Shown one piece after another: positions 9,200-19,611 of a stretch of 64,000 bases of DNA. The notes below the pieces were generated by a model. It did not search any database. It was not told the origin of the DNA and was given only the letters and a program-made list of their open reading frames with translations. This stretch comes from a virus (lineage: Duplodnaviria > Caudoviricetes). The stretch lies in IMG/VR virus record IMGVR_UViG_2690315896_000001, positions 3,311-67,310 of that record, one strand, 5' to 3'. The first letter of the stretch is position 1. Every line of letters starts with the position of its first letter. The translations under genes and the position numbers were made by a program.

Positions 9200-9596
9200 C
9201 ATGCCGGATCAGCTCACAATCTCAAATCATTGGGATATGCTCAGCCACTTCAATAATTCAAAGGAATTCCGCGTGCATCCGAAGATATATCCCGGCGACA
9301 GGGAAATAGAAGAAATATTCCCCATTGAAGTACAAGATTTGATCAAAGCATTAGTTGCTGCAGAAAAAAATCTCAGCATGAAGCAGCGATTACTAAATGA
9401 AGCTTTCCAAGCAAAAATGGCAGTAAACCGCCGACCCTCTCAAACTCAAACGCCTGAAGAGTGTGTATACGACGACGCCGAACGGGAAGTAAGCACAGCA
9501 AATCATGCGCACATACGAATCAGAGATGAAGTTCTCGCACTTTCTTTGCGCGACCCAAAGTATTTGAATTTCTTCGGGGCATACGGGCTGCTATAG
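9180..9596 (+). CDS. Low-GC hypothetical moron protein
   Basis: Antisense to the late operon, AT-rich; start uncertain (9201 or 9237 possible). Confidence 0.6.
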   Translation: MANPSRGMPDQLTISNHWDMLSHFNNSKEFRVHPKIYPGDREIEEIFPIEVQDLIKALVAAEKNLSMKQRLLNEAFQAKMAVNRRPSQTQTPEECVYDDAEREVSTANHAHIRIRDEVLALSLRDPKYLNFFGAYGLL

Positions 9597-10646
9597 CTGT
9601 CGCCCTATAAACCCGTCCCAATCTGTGACATCGCGCTCGCTGCCGCTGTAGCTTCCGCTGGCGCGCACCTGGTTGTTCAGCGTGGTGATCATGTTGCCGA
9701 GGAAGTCCACGATCTCCTGGCCGTTGGCCATCTTGAGCTTTGCCACGTCCACGGCCACATCGCTGATCTGCAGGGCGTCGGCCGTGCTCTTGTAGTGCCG
9801 CTGGGCCGCTTCCTGGGCCAGCTGGGCCAGGCGGGCGCTGAATTGGGCGGGCAGCGCGTAGCTGCGGTTGTAGCTGTCGATCACGGCGTCCTGATCGCTG
9901 ATCCACAGGCCCCTGGCGCGCAGCTTGTCGCGGAAGGCCTGGGCCGTCTGCTGGTGCAACTGCTTGATGCGGTCCATGCGCTGGTCCAGTTCGGCGCGCA
10001 CCAGGCGCATCTTGGTTTCGCGCTCTTCGCGCAGGCGCGCGGCGTGGGTGGCCGCGATGGCATCGGCTGCTGCTCGGGTGCTTTCGGCGTGCAGCCGCGC
10101 GATGGCGTTGTGCGTGGCGCCCGGGGCGAAGCGGTGGCCGCTGGCGGCGGCGGCATCCAGCAGATCCCGCTCCCCTGCCCAGGCGTCCTTGCGCGCCAGC
10201 GCGAAAGCGGTGTCGCCAGCCACGCGGTCCACGTTCTCGATGTAGGTCGTGCCCACCGCAGAGGCCAGGGCAGACTGGATCCAGGCGTCCGCATCGGCGC
10301 CAGCGTCCAGCAGACCCGGGAACAGGTCGTTGACCACGCTGCTGTAGCCCGTGAAGAACGTGCCCACGGCCTGCTCGATGACCTGGGGCAGTTGGCCCAC
10401 AGCGGGGGCCGAGGTCTCGACCGAGGCCGGGCCCAGGGCCGTCAGCACGGCAGACAGGCTGTTGCTGTGCTTGGCCTTGGCCACCTCGGGCTCGCCCGGG
10501 ATGCCATCGATGATCTGGGTGATGGCCGGGCCGATCTTGGACTGCATCCGGCCTGCAGCGTCGTTGATCATCGTGCCGATCTTGTCGATGGCGGTGTAGA
10601 CGATGGCGGCCGACAGGCCCTGCATTGCGATGCCGGTGGTAGCCAT
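9591..10646 (-). CDS. Ala-rich helical virion protein
   Basis: GAGGAG RBS, coupled late gene. Confidence 0.7.
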   Translation of the reverse strand: MATTGIAMQGLSAAIVYTAIDKIGTMINDAAGRMQSKIGPAITQIIDGIPGEPEVAKAKHSNSLSAVLTALGPASVETSAPAVGQLPQVIEQAVGTFFTGYSSVVNDLFPGLLDAGADADAWIQSALASAVGTTYIENVDRVAGDTAFALARKDAWAGERDLLDAAAASGHRFAPGATHNAIARLHAESTRAAADAIAATHAARLREERETKMRLVRAELDQRMDRIKQLHQQTAQAFRDKLRARGLWISDQDAVIDSYNRSYALPAQFSARLAQLAQEAAQRHYKSTADALQISDVAVDVAKLKMANGQEIVDFLGNMITTLNNQVRASGSYSGSERDVTDWDGFIGRQL

Positions 10647-10648
10647 GC

Positions 10649-11635
10649 TTACTCCTCGTAGTTCACGGTGTTGGATTCGGTAGCCTGCGAGTTCACGGAC
10701 ACGCCGGCACTGTTGAGCGCCGCGGCAGAGCCGGTGGACAGGCGGCGCAGGCGCTTGACCTGCTGCTCGACGTTCAGGCCGATGACTTCCAGGGCGCGGT
10801 CGTTCATGGCCTTGACGGTGCGCTGCGAGGCCGCGCTGCCATCCTGGTTGGCCAGGGCCTGGGCATCCCAGCGCTGCAGCTCGGCGCTGGCCACCTGCAT
10901 CTGGGCAGCGAGGGCTTGGTCGTCGCGGCGCACGCGCGTCAGGTACTCGTTGTTGCGGCCAAACACGTCGTACATGATGTTCATGCGCCCGAACACGAAG
11001 TCCATGGCCGTGTCCAGCGCGGCATTGCGCAGGCGTGCCAGCTCGGTGACGGCGTCCACCAGCAGGCGGCGGCGCTCGGCCTCGCGGTCGGCGGTCATCT
11101 GGGCGCCCAGTCGGCCCTGGTACAGGTCCACCACGCCGCCGGCCACGGCCTGCAGCGCTTGGGCCGCGCCGGACGGCACGGGCAGCCCGCGCTGGTTGAG
11201 TCCTCCCAGCACCTGCACGCCCTGCTGCCGGGCCTGGGCCATCCGGTGGTCCTGGCCGACATAGCCCAGGCCGTCCTGGCCGTGCATGGTGGCGCGCAGC
11301 CAGTCAACGGCATTGCGCCAGCCCGGGCCCACGGGCGCCACGATGTCCATCACGCCCTGGAACTCCACGGCCCATTCGTCGGCCACCTGATCCAGCTGCT
11401 TGGCCAGCTCCTTGTCGTGCTGAGCCACCCAGGAGCCCGCATCCGCCGGATCGAATCCGCTGCTGTACTGCGGCAGCCGGTAGGCGCCATTGGTACGGGC
11501 GGGCGTGAAGGATGCCACGGGCGACTCGATGGCCTGGGCCTCGCCGTACTTCTTCAGCGCAATGCCCCAGGCACGGCCCAGCAGCTCGTCAAACAGAATC
11601 GCTGATGGCAGCGCGCGTCCATTGGCCATGGTCAT
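10649..11635 (-). CDS. Ala-rich helical virion protein
   Basis: ATGA overlap with the upstream gene; distantly similar to 9591-10646. Confidence 0.7.
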   Translation of the reverse strand: MTMANGRALPSAILFDELLGRAWGIALKKYGEAQAIESPVASFTPARTNGAYRLPQYSSGFDPADAGSWVAQHDKELAKQLDQVADEWAVEFQGVMDIVAPVGPGWRNAVDWLRATMHGQDGLGYVGQDHRMAQARQQGVQVLGGLNQRGLPVPSGAAQALQAVAGGVVDLYQGRLGAQMTADREAERRRLLVDAVTELARLRNAALDTAMDFVFGRMNIMYDVFGRNNEYLTRVRRDDQALAAQMQVASAELQRWDAQALANQDGSAASQRTVKAMNDRALEVIGLNVEQQVKRLRRLSTGSAAALNSAGVSVNSQATESNTVNYEE

Positions 11636-13719
11636 CCCCTCCCGATCCGGCGCTGGCCCGCGACCACGCCGAAGACGATGTTGTCCAGCTCGGCGGCGCC
11701 CTCGCCCACCAGGTCGAACGTGAAGTAGTTGGCAGCCAGGCCCCGACCCGGATCGAAGCGCTGCACACGCTGCGCCGCATCCACGCGCCGCGCGCGGTAG
11801 TTGTAGGTCTGCTGGCCGTCGCCGATGCGCACATACAGCTGGCCCGTGGCCGAGACGCCGGCATGGACCGACTCCAGCCGCTTGAGCGCCTGGCTGCCAA
11901 AGTCATGCTTGCCCAGGCCCGCGCCCCATTCGATGGGCAGGCCGGCGTCGGTGCTGCCGCCCAGGCTATAGACGCCATCGGCACGCACGCCGAACTGCCG
12001 GCCGCCCACGGTCATGAAGCTGTCGAAGGCGTAGCCCTCGTAGCGGGTGGAGGCGCTGGATTCGGTATTGACGACCCAGGCATGGCCCGGATCGACCAGC
12101 ACAGGCTGGCCGTCCACGACCCGGAACACCAGCGCCCGATAGCGCTCCACGGCGCCCAGGTGCTCCAGCACGCTGGCCACGATGGCCCCGGAGATCTCCG
12201 TCTCGGCCCCGCTGCTGATCTGCTCGTTCACGTCCAGCACCAGACCGGCCGCGCCCAGCGTCAGCGCGCCCGAGGCACCCACGCGCTCGGCAATGACCAC
12301 GGTCACATAGCCGCTGGCCGTCAGCGCCAGATCGGCGCCCAGCAGGTCCTGCGCCCGCACCAGGTGGGTCAGCGCCTCGACATCGGACAGCAGCTGCACG
12401 GGCGCCAGGGCCAACCGGCCCTCGGCATGCCTATCCTGCGAAGCCACGGTGAAGGCCGGGCCCAGGCGCATCTGGTAGTCGTGACCCTGTCCGCTGATGA
12501 TGGCGCCGTTGACCACGGGCGGCGGCACGAAGGCCGTGCCGATGGAGTACTGCGGGATCCAGGCGCCCTCGCCAACCTCGGCCTCGGCCGTGGTCTGCAG
12601 GCGCGCCAGCGTGGGCCGCGCCACGGCGTCATTGCGGGCGTCCGATGCCCGGACCTGGGCGCCGGCCAGCCGTAGCGCGCCACGCGGGATGGGATCGCCA
12701 GCGACGCGCAGGGGCCGCAGCCGCGCCTTGACCTGGGCCAGCGGCCTGTCCGCGGCGAAGAGGTCCAGCGGCTGCAGCCCCATGCGGATCTCCAAGGGCT
12801 CCAGCGCCTGGCCCTCCACCTGCAGCGGCGCCAGGTTCAACACGGCCGTGCCGTCCTGCTCGACCACACCGTCCTGCAGCCGGGGCGAGTCCACGACGTC
12901 ATCACCGGCATACAGCACGGCATCGAGCACATAGGGTGCGGTCATCGCAAAGCGGCCCTTGTAGACGCTCACGTCGTTCAGGAACCATTCGATGCGCCCG
13001 CCTCCGACATGGGCGCGCACCGTGTCATTGCCCGTCATCGAGCCCACGCGCTGCAGCGTGACGCCGGCATGGCGCACGTTGACCTGGCCATCCCCGAAGA
13101 CCAGGCCGTACTCCACATTGGCGAACGATGAACGGCTGACGCGCGGCACCTGGCTGGCCAGGGTGAAGCCCACCACGGCGCCCACGGGCTTTCCGATCAC
13201 GAAGGTGGCCGTGCCGATCCAGTTGGCCGGCAGCTCGCGCAGGCTGTGCGCTCCACCGTTCCAGCCGAAGTGCCAGTCGTAGGTGCGGCGCTCCGGCGTG
13301 GCGACCTTCGGCGGCCGCGCGGGAATAGCGGGCTGGGCGGGGATCACGATGCGCACGTTCTCGCGGCGCATGATCCAGGCGCTGGTCCAGGTCAGGGGCA
13401 CGCGCTGGGCCTCGGCATAGTCGGATGTCTGCACGTAGGCCCAGACATCGCTGTAGTGAGCGGCCGCAGCGCTGAGGCTCGGGTTTCCCACCCGCTCACG
13501 CAGTGCATCCAGCGGCGTGCGCCAGGTCACCAGCCGCCCGCCGTCATCCGTGGGCACTTCGATCCTCTGCATCTCCTGGGACCCGGCCTCCACTCGCACA
13601 TCGCGCCATTCGTAGGTGATGCGCTCGGGAATGGCCGGCTGCCCCGGAAACCCCGGGTCCGCGGGCGTGGCCGGCACGAACTCGACCAGCTTCTTGTTCT
13701 TGATCAGCGCGTTACCCAT
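11632..13719 (-). CDS. Tail/virion structural protein
   Basis: 695-aa coupled ORF, beta-rich; C-terminal DFGSQALKR motif reminiscent of tail nozzle proteins. Confidence 0.7.
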   Translation of the reverse strand: MGNALIKNKKLVEFVPATPADPGFPGQPAIPERITYEWRDVRVEAGSQEMQRIEVPTDDGGRLVTWRTPLDALRERVGNPSLSAAAAHYSDVWAYVQTSDYAEAQRVPLTWTSAWIMRRENVRIVIPAQPAIPARPPKVATPERRTYDWHFGWNGGAHSLRELPANWIGTATFVIGKPVGAVVGFTLASQVPRVSRSSFANVEYGLVFGDGQVNVRHAGVTLQRVGSMTGNDTVRAHVGGGRIEWFLNDVSVYKGRFAMTAPYVLDAVLYAGDDVVDSPRLQDGVVEQDGTAVLNLAPLQVEGQALEPLEIRMGLQPLDLFAADRPLAQVKARLRPLRVAGDPIPRGALRLAGAQVRASDARNDAVARPTLARLQTTAEAEVGEGAWIPQYSIGTAFVPPPVVNGAIISGQGHDYQMRLGPAFTVASQDRHAEGRLALAPVQLLSDVEALTHLVRAQDLLGADLALTASGYVTVVIAERVGASGALTLGAAGLVLDVNEQISSGAETEISGAIVASVLEHLGAVERYRALVFRVVDGQPVLVDPGHAWVVNTESSASTRYEGYAFDSFMTVGGRQFGVRADGVYSLGGSTDAGLPIEWGAGLGKHDFGSQALKRLESVHAGVSATGQLYVRIGDGQQTYNYRARRVDAAQRVQRFDPGRGLAANYFTFDLVGEGAAELDNIVFGVVAGQRRIGRG

Positions 13720-15673
13720 TGGCGGGCTCCTTGGCGCGGTGGTCGGCCATCCAGGGCCGGCCGGGGTTCATGGGCAGCAGCTCGCCGTCGTCGTCGCGCA
13801 GGCTCAGCAGGGGGAATAGCTCGCCACGGTTGAAGTCGAAGCGGGAGTCGTCGATGTCGTAGCCGCTGGAGCCGGGCAGCAGTTGGCCGTCCACCCAGGC
13901 CCAGTACGGCAAGCGCATGCTGTGCGCCGTGGCGCGCCAGCGCTGGCCCCCGTCGCGGCTGGTGTGCAGCTTCACGGCCAGCGGCAAGATGGCGCCGCTG
14001 TCGTCGGTCTGGCGCGGGCCGTAGACGGGGATGGCCAGCGTGCGCTGGTCCAGCGCCACGACAAAGCCCACGCGCTGGGGCCAGGGCTGGGGCAGCATCC
14101 GACGCTCCCACGTGGCGCCGCCGTCGGCCGAGACCATGAGCAGGGCCCGGCTGCCGGGATAGTCGATCACGCCGGGCGATCCCTCGGCATGGATGTACTG
14201 GGGGTCGAACTGGACCCACAGCAGCGGCTTCCTGTCCACGCGCACGCCGCCGCCGTAGCCCACGGCCCAGTAAGGCGGGTAGTGCCGCAGGCCGCCGATC
14301 ACATCGCCAGCATGCAGGCCCGCGCTGAACCGGCTGCCAGGGATGGTGCTGATGCGCGTGGCGCCGGAGCGGGTGAACGCATAGACCTGCACGCTGGCCG
14401 CATCGGGCGCGGGCACCAGGCTGTCCAGCTGCAGGGCCGAGACCAGCAGCAGCGTGTCCTTGTCGCGCGGCACCATGGCGGCGATCACGGGCGCGGCATT
14501 GCCATCCGTGATACCGGTATGCGGCACATGGACCCAGGTGGCGCCGTTATCGTCGCTCCAGAGATAGGCCCAGCCCGCGCTGGCCGCGCCCTGGCTGTCA
14601 CCACCGGGCAGGCGCAGCGTGGTCATGCGCAGGGCCAGCACCAGGGTCTGGGGCGACAGGCGCACCAGGTCCATCTCCACCGGTGCCATGTATTGCCCAG
14701 GACCCACCGCTGCGGGCATGGTGATCTTGGAGGTCTGCACGCCATCGGCCGTGGTGCGTGTGCAGGTCAGGCGGTACAGGCCCGAGGAATCGGGGTGGTA
14801 GCAGTCCTCGGCCAGCCCATGCACGGCGACCAGGCTCAAATAGCTCTTGCCATCCTGCTTGGCCATGGCCGGCTCGGCCACGGCATAGGTGCTGCTGGGG
14901 TCTGCGCGCATGCTCAACAGCACGCGCCCGAACAGCAGGCCCGCATTGGCAGCATAGACCTTGCTCGCGTCGTACAGCCGATCGTCGTCTGCGAAGAAAT
15001 CGATGGAGCGCGACCCAGGATCAAAGCCCAGGCCGCTGTGCACGCCGAACGAGAGCAGCACCTTGCCGCCGGCCGGCCGGTCCGGGTCCATGCGCACCAG
15101 CTCGACGCCCGTGCAGCGGCTGACGCGGCGCACCGGCTGCACGAAGCGATTCATCCCCGCGAAATACCGCGTGTCGCCGGCCGCCGAGACCTCGCGCACC
15201 AGCAGCACCGTGCCGTCGCCCAGGGAGAACAGCCGCCGCTTGCCGTTCTTGGTGGCATGGTCAGCCGTCTCCACGCGGGCCTCGATACGGGTGAAGCGCG
15301 GCACGCGGGTCTGCAGCTTGGAAGCGGCCAGGTTGCCGAAGGACAGCGGCCCCTGCTGCTCGTCCAGCACGGACGCCATGAGCTGCACCCGGGGCACAGC
15401 GTCGGGTGCGCCCGGGGCAGGCGGCGCCACATCGTCGGGCACGGCCTGTGCATAGCCGTCCATCAGGCGGCGCGCGTCCGGCGGCTCCCACAGCGACACC
15501 AGCTGCACGACCTCGCCACCCGTGCGCCGCATGGTGACGAACTCGCCCGAGCGCTGCACCTCGCTGCCGTCGCGCCGGTCGGTCATGAAGGTGTTGCCCA
15601 CGTCCAGCATGCCCTTGAGCGCCTGGTGCTCCGGCCCGCCGGCATCGCCCTTGAGGTCCTTGTGGATCAGCAT
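13712..15673 (-). CDS. BNR/Asp-box (sialidase-like) beta-propeller virion protein
   Basis: Three Asp boxes: SDDNGATW, SADGGATW, SRDGGQRW; TGATG coupling. Confidence 0.72.
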   Translation of the reverse strand: MLIHKDLKGDAGGPEHQALKGMLDVGNTFMTDRRDGSEVQRSGEFVTMRRTGGEVVQLVSLWEPPDARRLMDGYAQAVPDDVAPPAPGAPDAVPRVQLMASVLDEQQGPLSFGNLAASKLQTRVPRFTRIEARVETADHATKNGKRRLFSLGDGTVLLVREVSAAGDTRYFAGMNRFVQPVRRVSRCTGVELVRMDPDRPAGGKVLLSFGVHSGLGFDPGSRSIDFFADDDRLYDASKVYAANAGLLFGRVLLSMRADPSSTYAVAEPAMAKQDGKSYLSLVAVHGLAEDCYHPDSSGLYRLTCTRTTADGVQTSKITMPAAVGPGQYMAPVEMDLVRLSPQTLVLALRMTTLRLPGGDSQGAASAGWAYLWSDDNGATWVHVPHTGITDGNAAPVIAAMVPRDKDTLLLVSALQLDSLVPAPDAASVQVYAFTRSGATRISTIPGSRFSAGLHAGDVIGGLRHYPPYWAVGYGGGVRVDRKPLLWVQFDPQYIHAEGSPGVIDYPGSRALLMVSADGGATWERRMLPQPWPQRVGFVVALDQRTLAIPVYGPRQTDDSGAILPLAVKLHTSRDGGQRWRATAHSMRLPYWAWVDGQLLPGSSGYDIDDSRFDFNRGELFPLLSLRDDDGELLPMNPGRPWMADHRAKEPANG

Positions 15674-16344
15674 CACACCTCCTCGCGCGCCAGCAGGAAG
15701 TCGGTCCAGAACTCGGAGGGGCCGCCCCCGCTGGTGCCGTTCCACCAGAAGGCAGCAAGGCGATCAATGCCGTTGAAGGCCCCATCCGCCTGCACACGGT
15801 CCGTCGCTGAAAGCGCATAGGGCCGCATCTCGTGCCACTCGAATTCCGTGCCAGCCAGTTCAGCTGCCGTGATCTCGCCCAGCAACACCTCGCCGTCGAG
15901 TACCTGGATGCCGCCGCCCAGGCTCACCAGGCGCAGCTCCTGCACCGTCGCAGGCACGTTGACTGGCTTGACCACAGCACCGGCCGCGTCCAGATCGAAC
16001 TCATGCACGCCCGCGTTCGTGGCCTTGTACAGCAGAGTGACATCCGCCGTGAAACTGACGGGCTCACCGGCCCCTGTGACCTGGTAAAGCCCCACGTTGA
16101 TCGTGCGCACCAGCTGGGCCGGAGCGCGGACCTCGAAGTCCGGCGCCGGCGGCAGGCCCAGGTCCAGGAAGCCGCGCGACGGGTTGATCGCGTCCCCGTT
16201 CCAGCCGAACGCCCAGTGCGCCGCATCGATCAGGTCCTGGAAGTCCAGGCCCAGGTAGGGATCATCGGCAGCCACCACGGCCACGAGCAAGTCGGCCTGG
16301 GGAACCAGGGCCCCGGCCTCGTAGACGAGCGTTCCAGCAGCCAT
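15673..16344 (-). CDS. Hypothetical virion protein
   Basis: Coupled late ORF with high-GC3 codon bias. Confidence 0.65.
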   Translation of the reverse strand: MAAGTLVYEAGALVPQADLLVAVVAADDPYLGLDFQDLIDAAHWAFGWNGDAINPSRGFLDLGLPPAPDFEVRAPAQLVRTINVGLYQVTGAGEPVSFTADVTLLYKATNAGVHEFDLDAAGAVVKPVNVPATVQELRLVSLGGGIQVLDGEVLLGEITAAELAGTEFEWHEMRPYALSATDRVQADGAFNGIDRLAAFWWNGTSGGGPSEFWTDFLLAREEV

Positions 16345-16357
16345 GCCCGCGCCCCGA

Positions 16358-16816
16358 TCAGAACGCCGGCAGCGCGATGGAGAAGAAGTTGACCGCCTGC
16401 GGCGCGCCCACCGCCAGGTCCACGCTGGTGATGTTCAGGTCCGCACCCGCGCGCGCCACGGTGCCCTGCAGGCGCGGCAGCGTGATGGACAGGCCTCCGG
16501 CATCACTCGCGCCAACGAAGCGGAAAAACCGCACCGTACCGGACTCGATCACCGTGCCGGTCCAGGTCTGGGTGGACAGCTTCTCGATGAAGCCATCGGC
16601 CGCCGTGGTGCTGAGCGTCAGGCCCGCCGAGGTGCCGTCGCTGTAGATCCGGGCCAGCAGCTTGTGCACGGCAGGGTCGAGCGCGGCGTCGGCCGTGGCC
16701 GGAATCGAGACCTCCGGGCAGCCGTACAGTTCCAGGAAGCCGCCATCCAGGGCCGCCTTGAGCGAGCCCGTGGCGAGCATGTGATTGCGAAGGCCGGTAG
16801 AGGCTTTGGTCGTCAT
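16358..16816 (-). CDS. Virion structural protein
   Basis: STGLRNHML..RLQGTV motif, GAGGA RBS. Confidence 0.7.
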   Translation of the reverse strand: MTTKASTGLRNHMLATGSLKAALDGGFLELYGCPEVSIPATADAALDPAVHKLLARIYSDGTSAGLTLSTTAADGFIEKLSTQTWTGTVIESGTVRFFRFVGASDAGGLSITLPRLQGTVARAGADLNITSVDLAVGAPQAVNFFSIALPAF

Positions 16817-16851
16817 GGTGATGGTCCTCGAAAAGGTCAGGAAGCGGTGGA

Positions 16852-17364
16852 TCAGGAAACGGAGATGAACTGGAAGCCCGCCAGGATCTCCAGGTAGAAG
16901 GCGGGATCGACGGCGCGCGCCACGGGCAGGCGCACGATGGACAGCAACGCGCCGGTGTCAGAGCCCTTGCCCGAGCTGCTGCTCACGAACACGCCGTTGA
17001 CGGTCTGCATGCCGGTGAAAGAAAACCGCGCCAGGCTCAGCTCGTTGCTCACGCCGCCGGCCGAGACGTTGCCTGGCACCCAGGCCTTGCGCGTCGTGCC
17101 GTCGTACTGCGTGACCTCGGTCACCAGCGTGGGCAACGTGGCTGCCGTCTCGGTGCCGTTGGGCACATAGGAGCCGGACCAGAGCCCGATGAACAGGTTG
17201 GCCGGCATGGCCGCGCCCTTGAAACAGGCGTTGGCGATCAGGTCCAGGCCTTCGCCGGGCACGCGGTTGTGCAGGCGCTCGCGCTGCACCAGCGCGTCGT
17301 CGGCGCGGCGCCGCAGCGCCAGGTCGTAGGTGAAGCCGCAGGGAATGGCGTGGTTGGTGTTCAT
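16852..17364 (-). CDS. Virion structural protein
   Basis: ATGA overlap with the upstream gene, in the late operon. Confidence 0.7.
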   Translation of the reverse strand: MNTNHAIPCGFTYDLALRRRADDALVQRERLHNRVPGEGLDLIANACFKGAAMPANLFIGLWSGSYVPNGTETAATLPTLVTEVTQYDGTTRKAWVPGNVSAGGVSNELSLARFSFTGMQTVNGVFVSSSSGKGSDTGALLSIVRLPVARAVDPAFYLEILAGFQFISVS

Positions 17365-18350
17365 GGCTGGGCCTTTCGTACAAGCCGGGCCTGGGCATAG
17401 GAGCCCACGCCGGCCGAAGTGCTGGGGGATTGAGAGAGGGTGGCCACGATGGCGCGCATGCCGTCGGCCTCGCGGTACAGCGTTGCGCCAGCGCCCGAGG
17501 CCTCCATGGCGATGTGCTCGGCCTGCAGGTTGACCAGCGACCCGTCAGGCCGCGCCGAGACAATGCCGCGCGTGCTCATCCAGTGCGCACCGTCCGCGCC
17601 GCCCGTGGCCGCGAGCCGGTAGCCGGCCTGCTGCTGCAGCGCCCCATAGGGCAGCACCGCGCGCATGGACTGCGCCGGCAGGCCGCCGGCCAGGAAATAG
17701 GTCTTGTCCGCCATCACGAACACGCCGGCCTCCACGGCCGCGATGCAGGTGATGGGCGCGGGGAAGATCTCGAAGCCCCGCGACTCGTCGCGCAGGCCCG
17801 GGGTGAACGGCTCGCTGTAGATCAGCGCCGAGCCCACGGCCACCAGCAGCCGGCCGCCCTGGTAGGCAATGCTGCTGCCCGCCGGCATCAGGGAGAACTG
17901 CACATCGCCCACGACCTGCGGCTGGGCATCGAGCCAGCGCGGCGTTGGGCCGGGCACGGGGTGATAGGACCCGACGCGGATGCCGTCGGTGAAGTACACG
18001 GCCTCGTTGACCTCGCAGTACACGACTGGCGTGACCCGGCCGTATCCCGCGGCGACCTGGGTGCGCGCAGTGGCGCCAGCAGCATCCACATCGATGCGGA
18101 AGATGTCGCCGCTGTCGCAGTACAGGCTATAGGAGCTATCGAGCGGCGACCAGCCCGAATGACAGTCCAGGCCCTGCTCCGCCAGCGCATACCCGGCCCG
18201 CGTCTTGAGCGAACCCTGGGCCGTCACATCGACGTTCAGCGCATCACGCAGCAGGTGGCCGGCGCCCTCGGGCAGCCCGAGCTTGAAATCTGGCGCGCGG
18301 TTGTCCATTCCGAGGGGGAACGGGCCAATGGGTTTGGGGGTGGCGGGCAT
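17361..18350 (-). CDS. Tail protein (nozzle/stabilisation-like)
   Basis: GPFPLGMDNR..LRDALNVD N-terminus and GRLLVA..LIYSEP propeller motif. Confidence 0.65.
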   Translation of the reverse strand: MPATPKPIGPFPLGMDNRAPDFKLGLPEGAGHLLRDALNVDVTAQGSLKTRAGYALAEQGLDCHSGWSPLDSSYSLYCDSGDIFRIDVDAAGATARTQVAAGYGRVTPVVYCEVNEAVYFTDGIRVGSYHPVPGPTPRWLDAQPQVVGDVQFSLMPAGSSIAYQGGRLLVAVGSALIYSEPFTPGLRDESRGFEIFPAPITCIAAVEAGVFVMADKTYFLAGGLPAQSMRAVLPYGALQQQAGYRLAATGGADGAHWMSTRGIVSARPDGSLVNLQAEHIAMEASGAGATLYREADGMRAIVATLSQSPSTSAGVGSYAQARLVRKAQP

Positions 18351-18356
18351 GCAAGA

Positions 18357-18398
18357 ATGATTTCGGCCCATCTGTTCCAAGGCAAACCCTAGCCGGGG
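18357..18398 (-). promoter_or_regulatory. Putative late promoter
   Basis: CCCCGGCTAGGGTT-N22-AATCAT-N6-ATG. Confidence 0.7.
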
Positions 18399-18557
18399 CG
18401 ACTAGTCGAGAACGACAAAAGCTGTTTAAATACAAATATATTTCACAAACATCAGAAATAGAATTTATTTAACAAATTTCTCGCATCTTTATTTTCTCAA
18501 AGATTTATTTAACAAAATTCATATCTCTATCAAGATAATCTTCAAAAGCAGGAAAAC

Positions 18558-19586
18558 ATGAATAACTTAGATCAATACAATCTGTATTTAAAAGAACTCC
18601 CTGATCTTAATCGCCTAGAGAAACAAATATGCGATCAGCTAAATCATCTTATCAACACATGGGAGCTAACTCTAGGCGTACCTATTGAAAGCAGAATTAA
18701 GACTTGGCCATCAATAAATGAAAAATTCGAAAGAAAACAAATTAAATCTCGAAAACTATCTGAAATTGGTGACTTAATTGGAATTAGAGTAATATTTCTC
18801 TTTCAGAAAGATCTAGAGAAATTCAACAATGAAATTATTAAAATATTTAACATCATTTCAAACGAAGATGTCTCAGATAGACTACCCGTGGCCCAGTTTG
18901 GGTACATGTCGCAACATTACACACTGCAGATACCTGATACGTGGAAGACTCTTCCTACGATGGAAGGATTGTCCGGGTACAAAATTGAACTACAAGCAAG
19001 AACCATAGCGCAACATATATGGGCAGCCGCCTCTCACAAACTTCAGTACAAACACGAAGCTAGTGTCCCCTTCCCAGTTAGAAGATCTATACACCGTGTT
19101 TCAGCACTATTGGAAACAGTAGATCTCGAGATAGCTCGCGTTCTTTCTGAGCGAGATATTTATATTAATCAACAGTCTCAGAATATTCAAAAGAATGGAA
19201 AACTAGATGTAACAAATATTGAATACATTCTTAATAAAATATACCCAGCGGCGAACAAGTCAGAAAATCAAGAGCCATATGCCGAACTTCTGGAAGATCT
19301 AGAACATTTTGACATCAAAACCAAAGAGGACTTTGAATCATTAATTTCCAAACATTTAGAAACTGTTATGGCGATTGACCGGGAAGAGGTTCATGCAGTT
19401 CGCACAGAGCCAGCAATAAGAGCAACTAGCATGGAAGAATATGAAGAGCTAATGGAAAGAAACAGTAAAAACGTTTACTTTACACACGTTGGTTTAGCCA
19501 GGGGAGCTTTGGGAGAGGAATTCGGCGAGGAGAATTTTAAAAAATGGAGGGAGTCGCAAAGGAAGAAGTACGAAGACGGAAGTTAA
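18558..19586 (+). CDS. RelA/SpoT-domain small alarmone synthetase-like protein
   Basis: SRIKT..SINEK, DLIGIRV, GYMSQHY, ELQART..QHIWA..SHKLQYK motifs; low GC; AGGA RBS. Confidence 0.9.
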   Translation: MNNLDQYNLYLKELPDLNRLEKQICDQLNHLINTWELTLGVPIESRIKTWPSINEKFERKQIKSRKLSEIGDLIGIRVIFLFQKDLEKFNNEIIKIFNIISNEDVSDRLPVAQFGYMSQHYTLQIPDTWKTLPTMEGLSGYKIELQARTIAQHIWAAASHKLQYKHEASVPFPVRRSIHRVSALLETVDLEIARVLSERDIYINQQSQNIQKNGKLDVTNIEYILNKIYPAANKSENQEPYAELLEDLEHFDIKTKEDFESLISKHLETVMAIDREEVHAVRTEPAIRATSMEEYEELMERNSKNVYFTHVGLARGALGEEFGEENFKKWRESQRKKYEDGS

Positions 19587-19611
19587 ACCCATTGCTCATA
19601 CGGGAAAATTC

